Assembly (NCBI GenBank): GCA_009914755.4
Contig: CP086569.2
Span: 2,976,001 to 3,040,000, forward strand
From: the human T2T-CHM13v2.0 reference genome, Homo sapiens
Length of the DNA stretch: 64,000 nucleotides
Reading direction: 5' to 3'
Positions within the stretch are counted from its first letter, which is position 1. Each line of letters begins with the position of its first letter. Below the pieces are notes generated by a model, which was not told the origin of the DNA, made no database searches, and worked only from the letters and a program-made list of their open reading frames with translations. Of this stretch, positions 12,589 to 26,500 are shown piece by piece. The position numbers and the translations under genes were made by a program.

Positions 12589-14687
12589 ACCAAAGAGAAA
12601 AATAATAGTTTTCATTTCAATATTCAATGCCAAATTTTGGCAAGGAAGAATGGGTGGTGGTGTATTACTTAGACAAAAGAAAGATGTTCATGGATATTAA
12701 AGAAATGTTGTTTACCATTATTACATCTTGTAGAAGGTCTGATTTGGTCAAGCCCACACACATTAGAAACTTCAGTTCCATTGAGAACTTCACTCACTAG
12801 CCCTGTGTCTCAAGATTTCCTAGGACATGCCTTGTTGCAAGTTTCTGTAGTTTTTTTTTTTCAATTAGGTAATCATTTTTTCTACCTTGGAAATGGAATA
12901 AATGTAGTAATAAATAGATGAAGAAGTGTTCTTTTCCTATCCTTTCCAGTGGTGTCAGTTTCAACTTATGTTTATCTTTCAACTATATCCAGAAAAAGAC
13001 CCAGTTATCAAAAGCCATGCATGAGCTACCTGAACATTTCCTATGATCTGGTCACTTTTTCTGTCACGAATCTTAGGTTTTCTATTTTGCTGTGATCAAC
13101 CTCTTTATCCATTTTTTTTCATGTTCAGGGTCTCATATTGACAGCCAATGCTGTAACATTTTAAATTAAATCTTGCAAATGAAGGTGAAAGAAAATGATA
13201 AGATACTGACCCTACTATAGTCTTCCTCAAAAAACGAAAACAAATCTATGACACATAAAAGAGCAAAATAAAAGGTTTTTATGGAATAAATTGATATATT
13301 TATTTTAAATTTTGTCGTATTATTCTGGACTATTTGTTTTGACACTCTCAATACTAATTTCTCTCCATAGATTCATAGCACTAGAACTACAGAAATAAAT
13401 AACGTTTTAATAAATGTGAATTAAAATGTTACCTCCTAATACATACAGAGTATGTGCAACTCAAATCTGTTGGGAAAATAATTAACCATATATGTCAGGA
13501 ATAGAGAATAACAAAATGCCGATCTTAAAAACAGTGAAAACATACTGAGTGTTAAGCTTAAAATTAATATTCTTTTCACATTTTTCAGGCATTCCAATGA
13601 ACTTCTCTAGGTGTTAGGAACCTGTCAGCTTGGGCAGAATCTCTCCCCACAAAAATTAACACTGTCAGGCAAAATTATAAATCGGTGAATCTTGAACCTA
13701 GCTGCTAATCAGAATCACCTTAAGGACATTTTAAAAACACAAATTTCTGAAGCTGCCCTAAGAACAGATAATTAGAATCTGTATTAAAAAAAAATAAGGA
13801 AACCATAAAACAAAACCAATCTGCACATTATCCTTAAAAAGTCACCTGTTAATAGAACCATGCTGGGACCCTATTAACACAGAACAATATTGATATTCTA
13901 ATCTATTTCTGAAATTATTAGAAAAATTACATGTTTTAGCATAGATAAGGGATACTTTATAGCTTACATTTAAACATATGTGTTTATCTGAAGTCATCAA
14001 ATATTTCTTGAGAAGCATTTATTCAAGATACAGTATTAGGCAATTTATGGAATAAAAACATGCCCTGTCTTCAAAGAGTTTATAAATACTAGAGAAAAAT
14101 GTGTATTAGTGAATATTAGAAAATAGTAATGATCAATTTGACAAAATTCAGTGGGCCAAATGATTCAGAAATATTTTTACTTTTTCACATAGGTAATAAT
14201 CATCTTGTCCATTTTATATCCAAGGTTCAGCTGAAGTCCTACTTTCTTGAAAAAAAATTCCTGGATTACTCTTATTCTGGAAATATTATGTAACATATTT
14301 ATTTAATCTTTACATGTTAGTCAATGATGTAATCATTTTTAGTACACTTTATTCTTATATCACTTACATATTTACAGGAAACCTGAAAAGACAGTACAGA
14401 GGATTCCCATACACTCTGAACTCAATTTCACCTACTAACACCTTACATTATTATGACACATGTATTACAATTAATGAACCAATATTGATGAATTGATATT
14501 AACAAAATTCCATAATTCACTTAGATTTCCTTAGCTTTTACCTAATGTATTTTTTTTTCTCTTTAGGGATTTCATACAGAATAACACATTACATTTAGTT
14601 GTCATTTCTCTTTAGGGTCCTCTTGGCTATGGCAGTTTTTAAGACTTTACTTGTTTTTGATTAACTTAGCAGTTTTAAGGAGTTTTA

Positions 14688-15005
<318 letters not shown>

Positions 15006-16394
15006 TTAGTCAAGCATTTTGTGAAATGTTTATTATTCCAATTTGTTTGATGTTTTTCTAATTTTAAATCATGGGTTATGAGTTATTGGGAGGAAGACCA
15101 CAGAGGTAGAGTACCATTTTCATCAATATCAAGAATCCATATCATCAAAATGATTTATGACTGTCGATGTTGACTTTGACTGACTGCCTGAGGTAAACTT
15201 TGTTACGTTGCTCCACCACTGTAAATGTACTATTTTCCCTCCTTTCTATATTATACACTTTGGAAGGAAGTCACTATGTGCATACCACAAACAAGAGTAT
15301 TTGCATCCCGTCCTTGAGGGCAGGGTGTCTACATAAATTATTAGGAATTCTCTGCATGGGAAACTCATAATTCATTTCCATTAATTAATATATTTAATCA
15401 TATATTTATATCAGTATAAATTTATAGAGATTTATTGTATACTGTGGATTAAAATCTAGTGCTACTTTATTTATTTTTTGTTTAAAATTATCTACATTTT
15501 GACACTGGAGCCTATTTCAGCTGACTCCTGTGCTTCTTTGATATACCCCCATCCTGGTACGTGTGTATGTGCATGTATTTATGTACGTTTGTATATATGT
15601 TGTGAGCATTTTCTTGCTTCTCGGCACTACAAGATGCTACACACTTATCTTGTATATTTCCTATCCTAGTCCTATAACCAGCCACTTCTCCAATGAGCCC
15701 TGGTGCCTTTGTTGGAGAATGGTATTAGAAATCATTATTCAGCCACTAAGTGTGCTCATTGCTACTCATGTATCACTTCTTTTAGGCTCACTCAGCTGAC
15801 AGAGAAAAAAATACTTGTGTATGATAACTTTTGTATATACACATATCTATCAATAGTTGTATATGTAACCATCTGTATCTATATTAAGCTAAACGTGAGG
15901 TCATGCTGACGTTTACAGTTCTCATCCAATACCATATGGATAGGTTTTTATTTCTTTCTTTATCTATAAACTTACTCCAACTATAAGAAGACTGATTCCT
16001 TCCATCAGTCATGTATTTAATTAAATGTTTAATTCCATTATACATGTATAGCAGAGCCATTAGCTCATACACCCATGGGAAACTATTTTATCAACTAGAT
16101 TACAGTGCTCATGTGCAGTTCTCATAGTCTTATGCTTACAGATCCTACTCATTTGCAAAGTTGCTTGAGTCAGCACCTTTTCTCCCTCTCCCATTAAGTG
16201 AGTTTGCTTTATGTGTTTGTAATACATTTAGAATATCCTGTCACACTCTGCATTTTTAAGTGACCCTTTGACCACCTAAATTATGTTTTTAAATTTGCAC
16301 ATGGACCAGTTTTCGTGCAGTAAAGTTCTACAGGTTTTGACAAATGCATAATGGCTTGCATTCACTGCTATAGCATCACACAGAAAAACTTTAC

Positions 16395-16850
16395 TGTAAC
16401 CCAAATCCCTTGATCTTTATTTGTTTCTACCTCTTTATTACCCCTAAAGCCCTGATAACCATGGGTTACTTTGTCTTTATAATTTTACCTTTTCCAGAAT
16501 GTTATACAATTGGAACCTTAGGATTCTTTATCAAGAAGCATTTAATATTTTTTGTCTTTTCATGGTTTGATAGCTCATCTGTTTGCTTCCAGCTCTTGGC
16601 AATTATAAATAAAGCTGCAATAAACATTATGCTTGGATTTTTATGTGATTATAGGTTATGAAATAAATTTGATAATAACTAGGAGCATGACTATTGGGTC
16701 ATGTGGTGACTGTGATCATACAGTTTTGTAAGAGACTGCTTGTCTTCCAAAGTACCTCAACCATTTTGTATTCCATTAGCAATCAATGAGTTTAAATTGT
16801 TAAGCAACCTCTCCAGCATTTATTATCGTAAGTTTTTAGACATTTCAATA
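16395..16850 (-). mobile_element. Old L1 (L1M-like) 3'-terminal fragment, antisense
   Basis: Antisense of the ORF2 C-terminus plus 3'UTR, e.g. gtttgcttccagctcttggcaattataaataaagctgcaataaacattatgcttgg vs L1M antisense ttgggttgcttccacatttt ggctattgtgaataatgctgctatgaacat. Confidence 0.55.
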
Positions 16851-16999
16851 GGTACGTAGTAGTATTTCATTATTCTTTTAATTTGCAATACCTCAAAAAC
16901 AAGTTTGCTAAAATAAATAATAAAATACTATTGCATTTTATATTTCTGTTCATGAACCATCTTGAGTCAAGTTTCGTGAATGTTGCAAATGCTGTGTCT

Positions 17000-18840
17000 A
17001 GATAGACTTTTTAAGACTTCATATTTTACAGTTCCTAGTAAAATTAAGAAAAAGGTACAGAGGTTTTCTATATATCCCCTATTTCCACACAAATCTAGCC
17101 TCTGCCATTATAAACATCTCCAACCAAAGTGGTACATTTGTTACACTCAGTGAATCTACATCGACATATCATTATCACCCAAAGTCCACAGTTTATATTA
17201 GAGCTCACTCTTGGTGTGTACATTCTGTGGGTTTGGAGAAATGTATATTGATGTATATCCACCATTATGGTATTATACATTGTATTTTCACTGCCCTAAA
17301 AATTCTCTGTGCTCCACCTATTTATTCCTCCCTCCCCCAAACCTTGGCAATGACTGAACTGTCTCTACAGATATGCCTTTTCCAGAAAGCCATATAGTTG
17401 GAATCATACAGTATCTAGCATTTTCTGACTGGCCTCTTTCATTTAGTAATATCCGTTTAAGGTCCCTCCATGTAATTTTATGGTTTGACATCTCATTTAT
17501 TTTTGTGTGTGTGTGCTGAACAATAATCCCTTGTCTGAATGGTTCACAGTTTATTTATATGTTCCCACACTAAAGGACATCTTCGTTGCTTCCAAGTTTT
17601 TGGAAATTACAAATAAAGCTGTTATAAACATCCGTGTGCAGTTTTGTGTGGAAATACTTTTCAATTCCTTTGTGTAAATACCAAGAAGTGTGATTGCCGG
17701 ATCCTATAGTAAGCTTTTTTAAAAAGCACCAAACTGTCTTCCAAAGTGGCTGCTCCATTTTTCATCTCTACAGCAATGAATATGATTTCCTGATGCTACA
17801 CATTCTTGTCAGCATTTGGTGGTGTTAATTTTTGGTATTAGCCATCTTAATAGGTGTGTCGTATTTAGGTGTTTCAATTTGCATCTCCCTGATGACACAT
17901 GATGTGGAACATGTACAAATATGCTTGATTGTCACTGGTATATTTCTTTTTTGAGGTAACTGTTAAGTTTGTGTCATGTTTTAGTTGTTTTCTTATTGTT
18001 GATTTTAAGAGTTCTTTATACATTTTGGATTACTGTCCTTTTTCATATGGGTCTTTTGCAAATATTTTCTCTCAGTATGTTGCTCATCTTCTCTTTCTAT
18101 TGACATTGCCTTTAACAGAGAAGAAGTTTTTAATTTTAATGAAGCCCAGCTTACAGGTAATTTCTTTCACGGATCATGCCTTTGGTGCTGGATCTTAAAA
18201 GTCATTGCCATACCCAAATCATCTAGGTTTTCTTCAACATTATTTTCTAGGAGTTTTGTAGTTGTGTGTTTTGCATTTGAATCTATAATCCATTCTGAGT
18301 TTATTTTTGTGAAGAGTGTAATATCTGAATCTAAGTTCATTTCTTTAATGTAGAAGTCCAGTTGTTCCAGTACTATTTGTTTAAGGCTGTATTTACTCCA
18401 TTGTATTATTTTGCTTCCTTTTCAAAGATAGTTGGCTAAACTCATGTGGGTCAATTTCTGGACCCTCTATTTTGTTACATTTATTTGTCTATTCTTTCAC
18501 AAATACAATACTTTTTATATTACTATAGTTTTACAGTAAATTTTGAAGTCAGATAGTGTGAGTCTTTCTACTTTGTTTTTATCTTCAATATTCTGTTTGC
18601 TATTTTGGGTCTTTTTCCTCTCCATGTAAAACTTTAGAATCACTTTCTTGATACCCACAAAGTAACATGCTGCACTTTTGATAGAGATTGAATTGGATCT
18701 GTAGATACAATTTGGAAGAACTTAGTTCTTGTCTCTATTGACTCTTCCTATTCATTAATATGGACTATATTTTCATTTACTTTGTTCTTTAATTTATTTC
18801 ATTAATGTTTTGTCATTGTCCTCATATAGATCTTGTATAT
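17000..18840 (-). mobile_element. L1 (L1MA/L1PB-like) 3'UTR plus C-terminal ~40% of ORF2, antisense; the 5' part is replaced or cut by the adjacent LTR
   Basis: 17380-17650 matches the L1MA 3'UTR antisense (catacagtat…ctgactggcctctttcatttag…; cgttgcttccaagtttttggaaattacaaataaagctgttataaacatc). 17700-18840 is ORF2 antisense (…ctgtcttccaaagtggctgctccatttt…, ttttgcaaatattttctctcagt…). Confidence 0.75.
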
Positions 18841-19205
18841 TGATATGGTTTGGCTGCATTTCCACCCATATCTCATCTTAAATTGTAACTCCCATAGTCC
18901 CCATGTGTCAGGGAGGGACCCAGTGGGAGGCAATTGAATCATGAGGGCGGATTTTACCTGTGCTGTTCTCATAATAGTGAATAAGTCTCACATGATCTGA
19001 TGGTTTCATAAAGGGCAGTTCCCCTGCACATGCTCTCTTGCCTGCCACCATGTAAGACGTGCCTTTGCTCCTCCTTCACCTTCTGCCATGATTGTGAGGC
19101 CTCCCCAGCCATGTAGAACTGTGATTCCATTGAACCTCTTTTTCTTTATAAATTACTCAGTCTCAGGTATTTCTTCATAGCAGTATGAAAATGAACTAAT
19201 ATCTA
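18841..19205 (+). mobile_element. THE1/MST-type MaLR LTR
   Basis: tgatatggtttggctgcatttccacccatatctcatcttaaattgtaactcccatagtccccatgtgtcagggagggacccagtgggaggcaattgaatcatgag … ctttataaattactcagtctcaggtatttcttcatagcagtatgaaaatgaactaatatctacatg is a near-textbook THE1 LTR. Confidence 0.9.
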
Positions 19206-19522
19206 CATGTTTTGTTAGATTTATAGCTAAGCATTTTTGGAGGCTGCTAATGTAAATGGTATTTTGGTTTCAGATTCAAATTTTACTTGTTCATTGCTGA
19301 GATAGGAAAGCAATAAATGTCCAGCAATCTTGCTATAATTGCTTATTAATTAAGCAGGCAGTCAAGGAAGTAAAAGGAGTAAATTTATTATATTTAAATG
19401 CTCAGCATATTGGATGAAGTCCATCCATATTAGGGAGGTCAATTTACTTTACTGAGTTCATAAATTTAAATGGTCCTCTCATTCTATAACATCCTCACAG
19501 ACATACCCAGGAACAATATTTA

Positions 19523-19868
<346 letters not shown>

Positions 19869-19881
19869 TTAGCTATTACTC

Positions 19882-20262
19882 TGCTGATATGGTTTGGCTG
19901 TGTCCTCACCCAAATCTCAATTTGAATTGTAATTCCCATAATCTCCACATATCATGGGAGGGACCAGGTGGAGATAATTGAATCGTAAGGGCAGTTCCCC
20001 CATGCTGCTGTTCTCATGATAGTGAGTGATTTCTCATGAGATCTGGTGCTTTTATAAGGAGCTTTTCCCATTTTGCTGGGCACTTCTCCCAGCTGCCACC
20101 ATATGAAGAAGGATATGTTTGCTTCCCCTTCCTCCATGATTGTAAGTTTTCTGAGGCCTCCCCAGCCATGCTGAACTGTGAGTCAATTAAACCTTTTTCC
20201 TTTATAAATTAACCAGTCTTGGGTATGTCTTTATTAGCAGTGTGAGAATGGACTAATACATC
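19882..20262 (+). mobile_element. MST/THE1-type MaLR LTR (second copy, same orientation as 18841-19205)
   Basis: ctgctgatatggtttggctgtgtcctcacccaaatctcaatttgaattgtaattcccataatctccacatatcatgggagggaccaggtggagataattgaatc … tttataaattaaccagtcttgggtatgtctttattagcagtgtgagaatggactaatacatctg. Confidence 0.9.
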
Positions 20263-20269
20263 TGCCAAA

Positions 20270-21490
20270 ATTCATACAAGAAGAAACAGACAAACTGAAT
20301 GAACCTGTATTTATTTAAAAAATGGAATCAATAATAACCTCCCAAAACAAAGATCCAGTCTCAGATGAATTCACTGAAAAACCTAGCAAATATTTAAGAA
20401 AACTGGCTAGTTCTGGTGGTTCATACCTGTAGTTAATTCCAGGGCTTTAGGGTGATGAGGAGAGAGGATCATATGAAGCCAGGATTTAAGGCAAGCCTTG
20501 GCAACATAGTGAGATTCATATATCTATAAAAATATTAAAAGCAATTAGCCATGTATGGTAGCATACACTTGTAGTGCCAACTACTCAGGAGGCTGAAGTG
20601 AGAAGATCACTTGAGTGCAAAGTTCAAAGCTGCAATGACCTGTAATTATACCACTGCACTTCAGCCAGGGCAAAAGAGCAAGGCTCTGTCTCTAATTATT
20701 TCATTAATTGAAAAATAAAATAAAGAAAAAATTAGCCCAATTCTCTACAATTTCTTTCAGGAGATGAAAGCAAAGGCAGTATGTCTAACTCATTTTATGC
20801 AGCCAACATTGCCCTAATATCAAAACTAGACAAAAACATTACATGAAGAGAAAACTACAGGCCAATATCTTTTGTGAACATAGCTGCAAAAATCCTCAAC
20901 AAAATATTAACAAATAAAATCCAAGAATGCATAAAAATTATACCTCATGATCAAGTAGGGTTTATACCAGGTAGGAAAAGCTGGCTCAACATTTGAAAAT
21001 CAATTAATGTAATCCATCATATCAACAGGTTAAAAAAAATCACACGATTATATCTATAAATTCTGGAAAAGCATTTGATGAAATTCAAAATTCATTCATG
21101 ATAAAACTCTGAGCAAACTAGGAATAAAAAAAAATTCCTTAAGTTGATTAAACACATCTAGAAAACATATAGCTAAAATCATACTTATGATCAAAAACTA
21201 GATGTTTTCTTGCTAATATCAGGAACACCAAAAGATGTCCTCCTCTACCACTGCTCTTTTTCCACCCTGTACTGAAAATACTAGCTAATGCAATAAGAAA
21301 GGGAAGTGAAAGGCAAACAGGTTGGGAAGATAGAAAGAAAAATCTTTGTTCAAAGGTGACATAATTTCCTGTGCAGAAAAAAACCACTCTTGTAACCACT
21401 CTTGTAATTCTGTAGCCTGAGAACCAGTGGGTACATACTGCCCTTGGATTGGAAGTTACACCATTGGCACTCACTGCTTCTCAGGCTACA
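20270..21490 (+). mobile_element. L1 ORF2 internal fragment (about aa 440-730, RT domain), sense, carrying a diverged Alu
   Basis: Starts at ..KFIQEETDKLNEPV (≈ RLNQEEVESLNRPI). 20740-21000 encodes [99 protein letters not shown]. Ends ..KSLFKGDII (≈ SLFADDMIL). Confidence 0.8.
20406..20720 (+). mobile_element. Old, diverged Alu (AluJ-like) nested in the L1 fragment
   Basis: ggctagttctggtggttcatacctgtag…ggatcatatgaagccaggatttaaggcaagccttggcaacatagtgagattc … gccatgtatggtagcatacacttgtagtgccaactactcaggaggctgaagtgagaagatcacttgagtgcaaagttcaaagctgcaatgacctgtaattataccactgcacttcagccagggcaaaagagcaaggctctgtctc. Confidence 0.75.
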
Positions 21491-21639
21491 GACTTAAGAC
21501 TTGAAATTAGTCCATTTCATTTGTTATCAAATTTGTGGTAATAACATTGTTCACACTATTTATTATTGTTTTAATAGCCATATGACCGTATTGATATCCC
21601 CGCTTTTATTTTTTATTCTATCTTCTCTTGATTTTTTTT

Positions 21640-23510
21640 TTGTAAGCCTGGCTAGAAGCTTATCAATATTATCTAGGTTTTCAAAGAACCAGCCTTTGGT
21701 TTCATTGATTTTTCTCTCTCAATTTCCTTATTTTAAATTTTATTGATTTATTCCATATTTTTATTACTTTTTTCTTCTGCTTACTTTGAATTTAACGTGC
21801 CCTGTTCTACTTTCTTAAAGTAAAAGATTTCAGATGCTTCTTATTTTCTAATATATGCCTTCAATGTTATAAATTTATCTCTAATCACTGATTTTTTTCT
21901 GCTTTCCTCAAATTTTGATAACTTGTGTTTTTATTTCCATTTATTTCAAAATATTTTAATATCTCTTGAGATTTTTTTCTTTGACCCATATGTTACTTAG
22001 AAGTGTGATGTTTAACAAGTATTTTGAGATTTTTAAGCTTTCTTTCAATTATTGATTTCTAGTTTAATTACATTTTGGTCTGAGAGCATACTTTGTGTAA
22101 TTTTATTATTATAAGTTGAGGTGCATTTTATGGTTCAGCATATGGTCGATCTTGGTGAATGTTTTATGTAAGCTTAAGAAGAATGTGTATTCTATTGTTA
22201 TTGGATGAAGTAGTCTATAGATGTCAATTATATCCAGTTCATTGATGATCTTGAGTTCACTAATGTCTTTAATGATTTCCTGATGGCAGGATTAGTTCAT
22301 TTATGATGGAGGGGTGTTGAAGTCCCCATAAAGGATTTATCTATTGTTTCTTACAGTTCTATCAGTTTCTGCCTTACATATATTGTTGTTGCCTCACATG
22401 AGTATTTTGCCTCCCATACTCTGTTGTTACGTACATACAAAATAAAAGTTATTATTGCTTAGTAGAAAATTTAGGTTTATATCTATAAGTAATGCCACCT
22501 TTATCCCCATTAATTTTATTTGCTGTAAAGTTTGCTCTAACATTATCTATCCAGCTTGCTTTTGATTAGGGTTAGCATGGTATATCTTTCTTCATCTCTT
22601 CAGTTTTAATCTATATGTGTCTTTATATTTAATGTGAGTTTTTATAGACAACAAGTAGTTGAGTCTTGTTTTTTGATCCGCTTTGAAAATTTTTGTTTTA
22701 ATTGTTATATTTAGGGTATTAGAATTGAAAGTAATTATTGATATAGTTGGATTAATACATATCATATAGGTTAATGTTCTCTATGTGTTGCCCTTGTCAT
22801 TTATGATGATGTTTGTTTTCTCTTTTTCTCTCTTTTTTGGTTTTAATTGAACTTTTTATACGTTTCCATATGCCCTCCTCTTTTAGAATATAAATTATTG
22901 GTGTTTTTTTCCTCCTTTTAGTGGTTGCTCCAGAGTTTGCAGTATATATTTGCAGCTAATAAAAGTCTGCTTTTAAATGACCCTATACCACTTCACCACG
23001 AGTGCAAGAGGCTTATAAATAACAAAATATTTCTATTTATCGTTCCCTCCTCATTGTATTATTTCTATCACTCATTTCACTTGTAGATAAGCTGTAATTA
23101 TCAAATATGTTACTGCTATCATTAGTTTGACCTGTTTTCTGTTAAATCAATTAAGAATAAGAAAAATAAGAATTGGTATTTTAAGTTCACTTATTTCGTC
23201 TCTAATGTCCTTACTTTCTTTATGTAGATCTAGAGTTTCTTACCTGCATTATTTTTATTCTCTTTGAGGAACTTCTTTTAACATTTCTTGTAAGTGAGAT
23301 CTACTGCCAAAAAACTGAGGAAGTCTTTATTGTTGCTTCACATTTAAAGGGTAATTTCACAGGATATGACATTCTAGGTTGGGGATTGTTTTCCCCTCAA
23401 CACTAATTATTTTACTAATTCCACTCTGATTTGTATAGTTTCTTAGGAAATGTTAGATGTAATTTTTATCATATTCCCTCATACTCTGTAAGTAAGTTCC
23501 CCACCATCCG
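21640..23510 (-). mobile_element. L1 fragment, antisense: ORF2 N-terminal ~385 codons, inter-ORF and distal ORF1
   Basis: 21640-21720 is antisense of ..ESKSWFFEKINKIDKLLARL (agaagcttatcaatattatctaggttttcaaagaaccagcctttggtttcattgattttt). 22080-22140 is antisense of DHxxGHK..L.KxKRIEIIxxxxSDHNxIKLE. 22900-23000 (ggttgctccagagtttgcagtatatatttgcagc) is the inter-ORF antisense. Confidence 0.7.
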
Positions 23511-23514
23511 GCTT

Positions 23515-26500
23515 CTTTTTGTTGTTGCTTTTGTTTTGTGAGTATACAGTGTGTATATATATTTATAGCTTATTTGAGATATTTTGATAGAGGCATGGAG
23601 TGCATAATAATCACATCAGGATAAATGGAGTATCCATCACCTCAAGTATTTATCCCTTTTGTTACAATCAAATTACACTCTTTTAGCTATTTTATTTTAT
23701 TTCACTTTTATGTTCTTATTTTTTATTTTTTGGAGGGAATCCATTACCTGAAGCATTTATCCTTTGTATCACAAATAATCCAATTACAGCATTTCAGTTA
23801 TTTTAAGGTGTACAATTGTATCATTTTTGAATATAGTCATCCTGTGTGCTAGCAAATACTAGGTCTCATTCATCCTTTCTTACTATATTTTATAACCATT
23901 AAACATTTCTACTTTTCCACCATCATCCCACTACTCTTCCCGGCCTCTGTGTTCCATCATTCTAGTTCCTATCAATATGAATTTAATTATTTTAATCTTT
24001 AGCTCCAAATAAGTGAGAATATGAAAAGTTTGTCTTTCTGTGTCTGACTTATTTCACTTAACATGACCATCAATTCCATCCATGTTGTAGCAAGTGACAG
24101 AATTTCACTCTTTTCATGACTGAATAGTACTCCATTGTGTACATGCACCACATTTTCTTTATGCATTCATCTGTTGATGGACACTTAGGTCGCTTTCAAA
24201 TCTTGGTTATTGTGAAGAGCACTGCAATAAACATGGGAGTGCACATATCTCTTCAATATACTAATTTCCTTTCTTTTGGGTACATACCTAGCAGTGAGAT
24301 ATCTGGATCTCAGTAACTCTATTTTTTATTATTTTGAAGAACCTCCAAACTGTTTCCCAGGTTGGTTGTAATAATTAACATTCCCAGCAACAGTGTATGA
24401 GGCTTCCCTTTTCTTCACATCCTTGCCAGCATCCTTTTCTTCACATTCTTGCCTATCTTTTGGATAAAAGCCATTTTAACTGGAGTGAGATGATATCTCA
24501 TTGTAGTTTGGAGTTGCATTTTTCTGATGATGAATGATGTTGAGAACGTTTTCATATGCCTTTTTGCCATTTATGTGTCTTCATTTGAGAAATGTCTTTT
24601 CAGATCTTTTGCCCATTTTTTAAATTGGATTATTACATTTTTTTCTATAAAGTTGTTTCAGCTTCTTAGATATTCTGGTTATTAATCCCTTGTCAGATAG
24701 GTAGTTTGCAAATATTTTCTCCCATTCTTTGGGCGGTCTCTTCATTTGTTGATAGTTTCCTTTTCTGTGTAGAAGCTTTGTAACTTGATGTGATCCGATT
24801 TGTCCATTTTTGTTTTGGTTGCCTTTGCTTGTGGCAAGGATTCTTTGCCAAGTCCAATGTCCTGGAGAGTTTCCACAATGCTTCTTTTAGTAGTTTCATA
24901 GTTTCAGGTCTTAGATTTAAGTGTTTAATACATTTGACTTGACATTTGTATGTGGTGAGAGATAGGAGTCTAGTTTCATTCTTCTGCATATGAATGTGTA
25001 CTTTTCCCAGCACCATTTATAGAAGAGACTGTCCTTTCCCCAATGTATGTTCTTGGCACCTTTGTTTAATATGAGTTAACTGTAGATGTGTGGAGTTATC
25101 TATGGGTTCCCTATTCTATTCCACTGATGTATGTGTCTCTCATCATCAAATACCATGCTTCTTTGGGTACTATAGCCTGTAGTATAATTTCAAGTCAGGT
25201 AATGTGATTTCTTTAGTTTTATATTTTTTGCTTAGAATAGTTTTGGTTACTCTGGGTATTCTCTGGTTTCACATACATTTTAGGATGGATTTCTGCTATT
25301 ATTGTGAAGAATGTCATTCGTGTTTTCACAGGGATTGCATTAAATCTGTAGATTGCTTTGGATAGTATAAACATTTTTAACAATATCGAATCCTCTGACC
25401 TATGAACGTAGAATATCTTTCCATTTTTGTGTGTCTTCTTCAATTTATTTTATCGAGGTTTTATAATTTTCAGTGTAGAGGATTTTCACTTTTGTTATTT
25501 CCTGTGTATTTAATTTAACTGGTAGCTATTGTAAATGGAGTTACTTTTCTGATTTCTTTTTCATATTGTTCATTGTTGGCATATAGAATGCTTTTTCTTT
25601 GTTGATTTTGTATCCTGAAACTTTACTGTTTATCAGTTTTAATAGTTTTATAGTGGGGTCATTAGTTTTTTTAATTTAAAATCATATCATCTACAAATAA
25701 AGATAATGTGATTTCTTCCTTTCCAATTTGGTTGCTCGTCATTTTTTCTCTTGTATGACTGCTCCAGCTATGATTTGCAGAACTGTGTTGAAAAACAGTG
25801 GAGAAAGTAGGCATCCTAGTTGTGTTCCTGATCATAGAGAAAAGGCTTTCACTTTTTTCCTATTTCATCTGATACTAGCTATGGGTCTCTATTATATGGC
25901 TTTCATTCTGTTGAGGTACATCCCTTCTATACTGTGTTTATTGAAGGTTTTTAATCATGAAGGGATGTTAATTTTTGTAAGTGATTTTTCAGTATTAATT
26001 GAAATGATCATATGGTTTTTGTCTTATATTTTGTTTATATGATGTATCACATTAACTGATTCACATATGTTGAACAATCCTTGCATCCCTGGGATAAATC
26101 CCACTTGGTCATGAGAAACGATCTTTTTAATGGGTTGTAAAGTTCGGTTTGCTAGTATTCTATTGAGGAATTTTGCTCAATATTCACCAGTGATATTGTC
26201 CTATAGTGTTGTTTCTCAGATGTGTCTTAGTCTGATTTTGGTATCAGGGTAATACTGGCTTTATAGAATGAGTTTGGAAATATTCCCTACTCCTCCAATT
26301 TTTTTTTTGAAATAGTTTAAGGAGGTTCTTTAAGTGTTTGTTAGAATTTAGCAGTGAAGCCATCAAATCCTGGGTAGAAGATTTTCTATTATGGCTTTGA
26401 TCTGACTACTTTTTTATTGGTCTGTTCAGGTTTTGTATTTCTTCATGATTCAAATTTGGTAGATTGTATGTGTCTAGGAATTTATCTATTTCTTCTAGAT

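Noticed and set aside
20270-23510. Head-to-head L1 fragments (sense ORF2 aa ~440-730 at 20270-21490, antisense ORF2 N-terminus/ORF1 at 21640-23510) considered as a second twin-priming event
   Set aside because: The topology is wrong for twin priming: the inverted piece would have to be the 5' portion adjacent to a sense 3' portion carrying the poly-A. There is also a ~150 bp non-L1 spacer between the segments. More likely two independent insertions or a later inversion.
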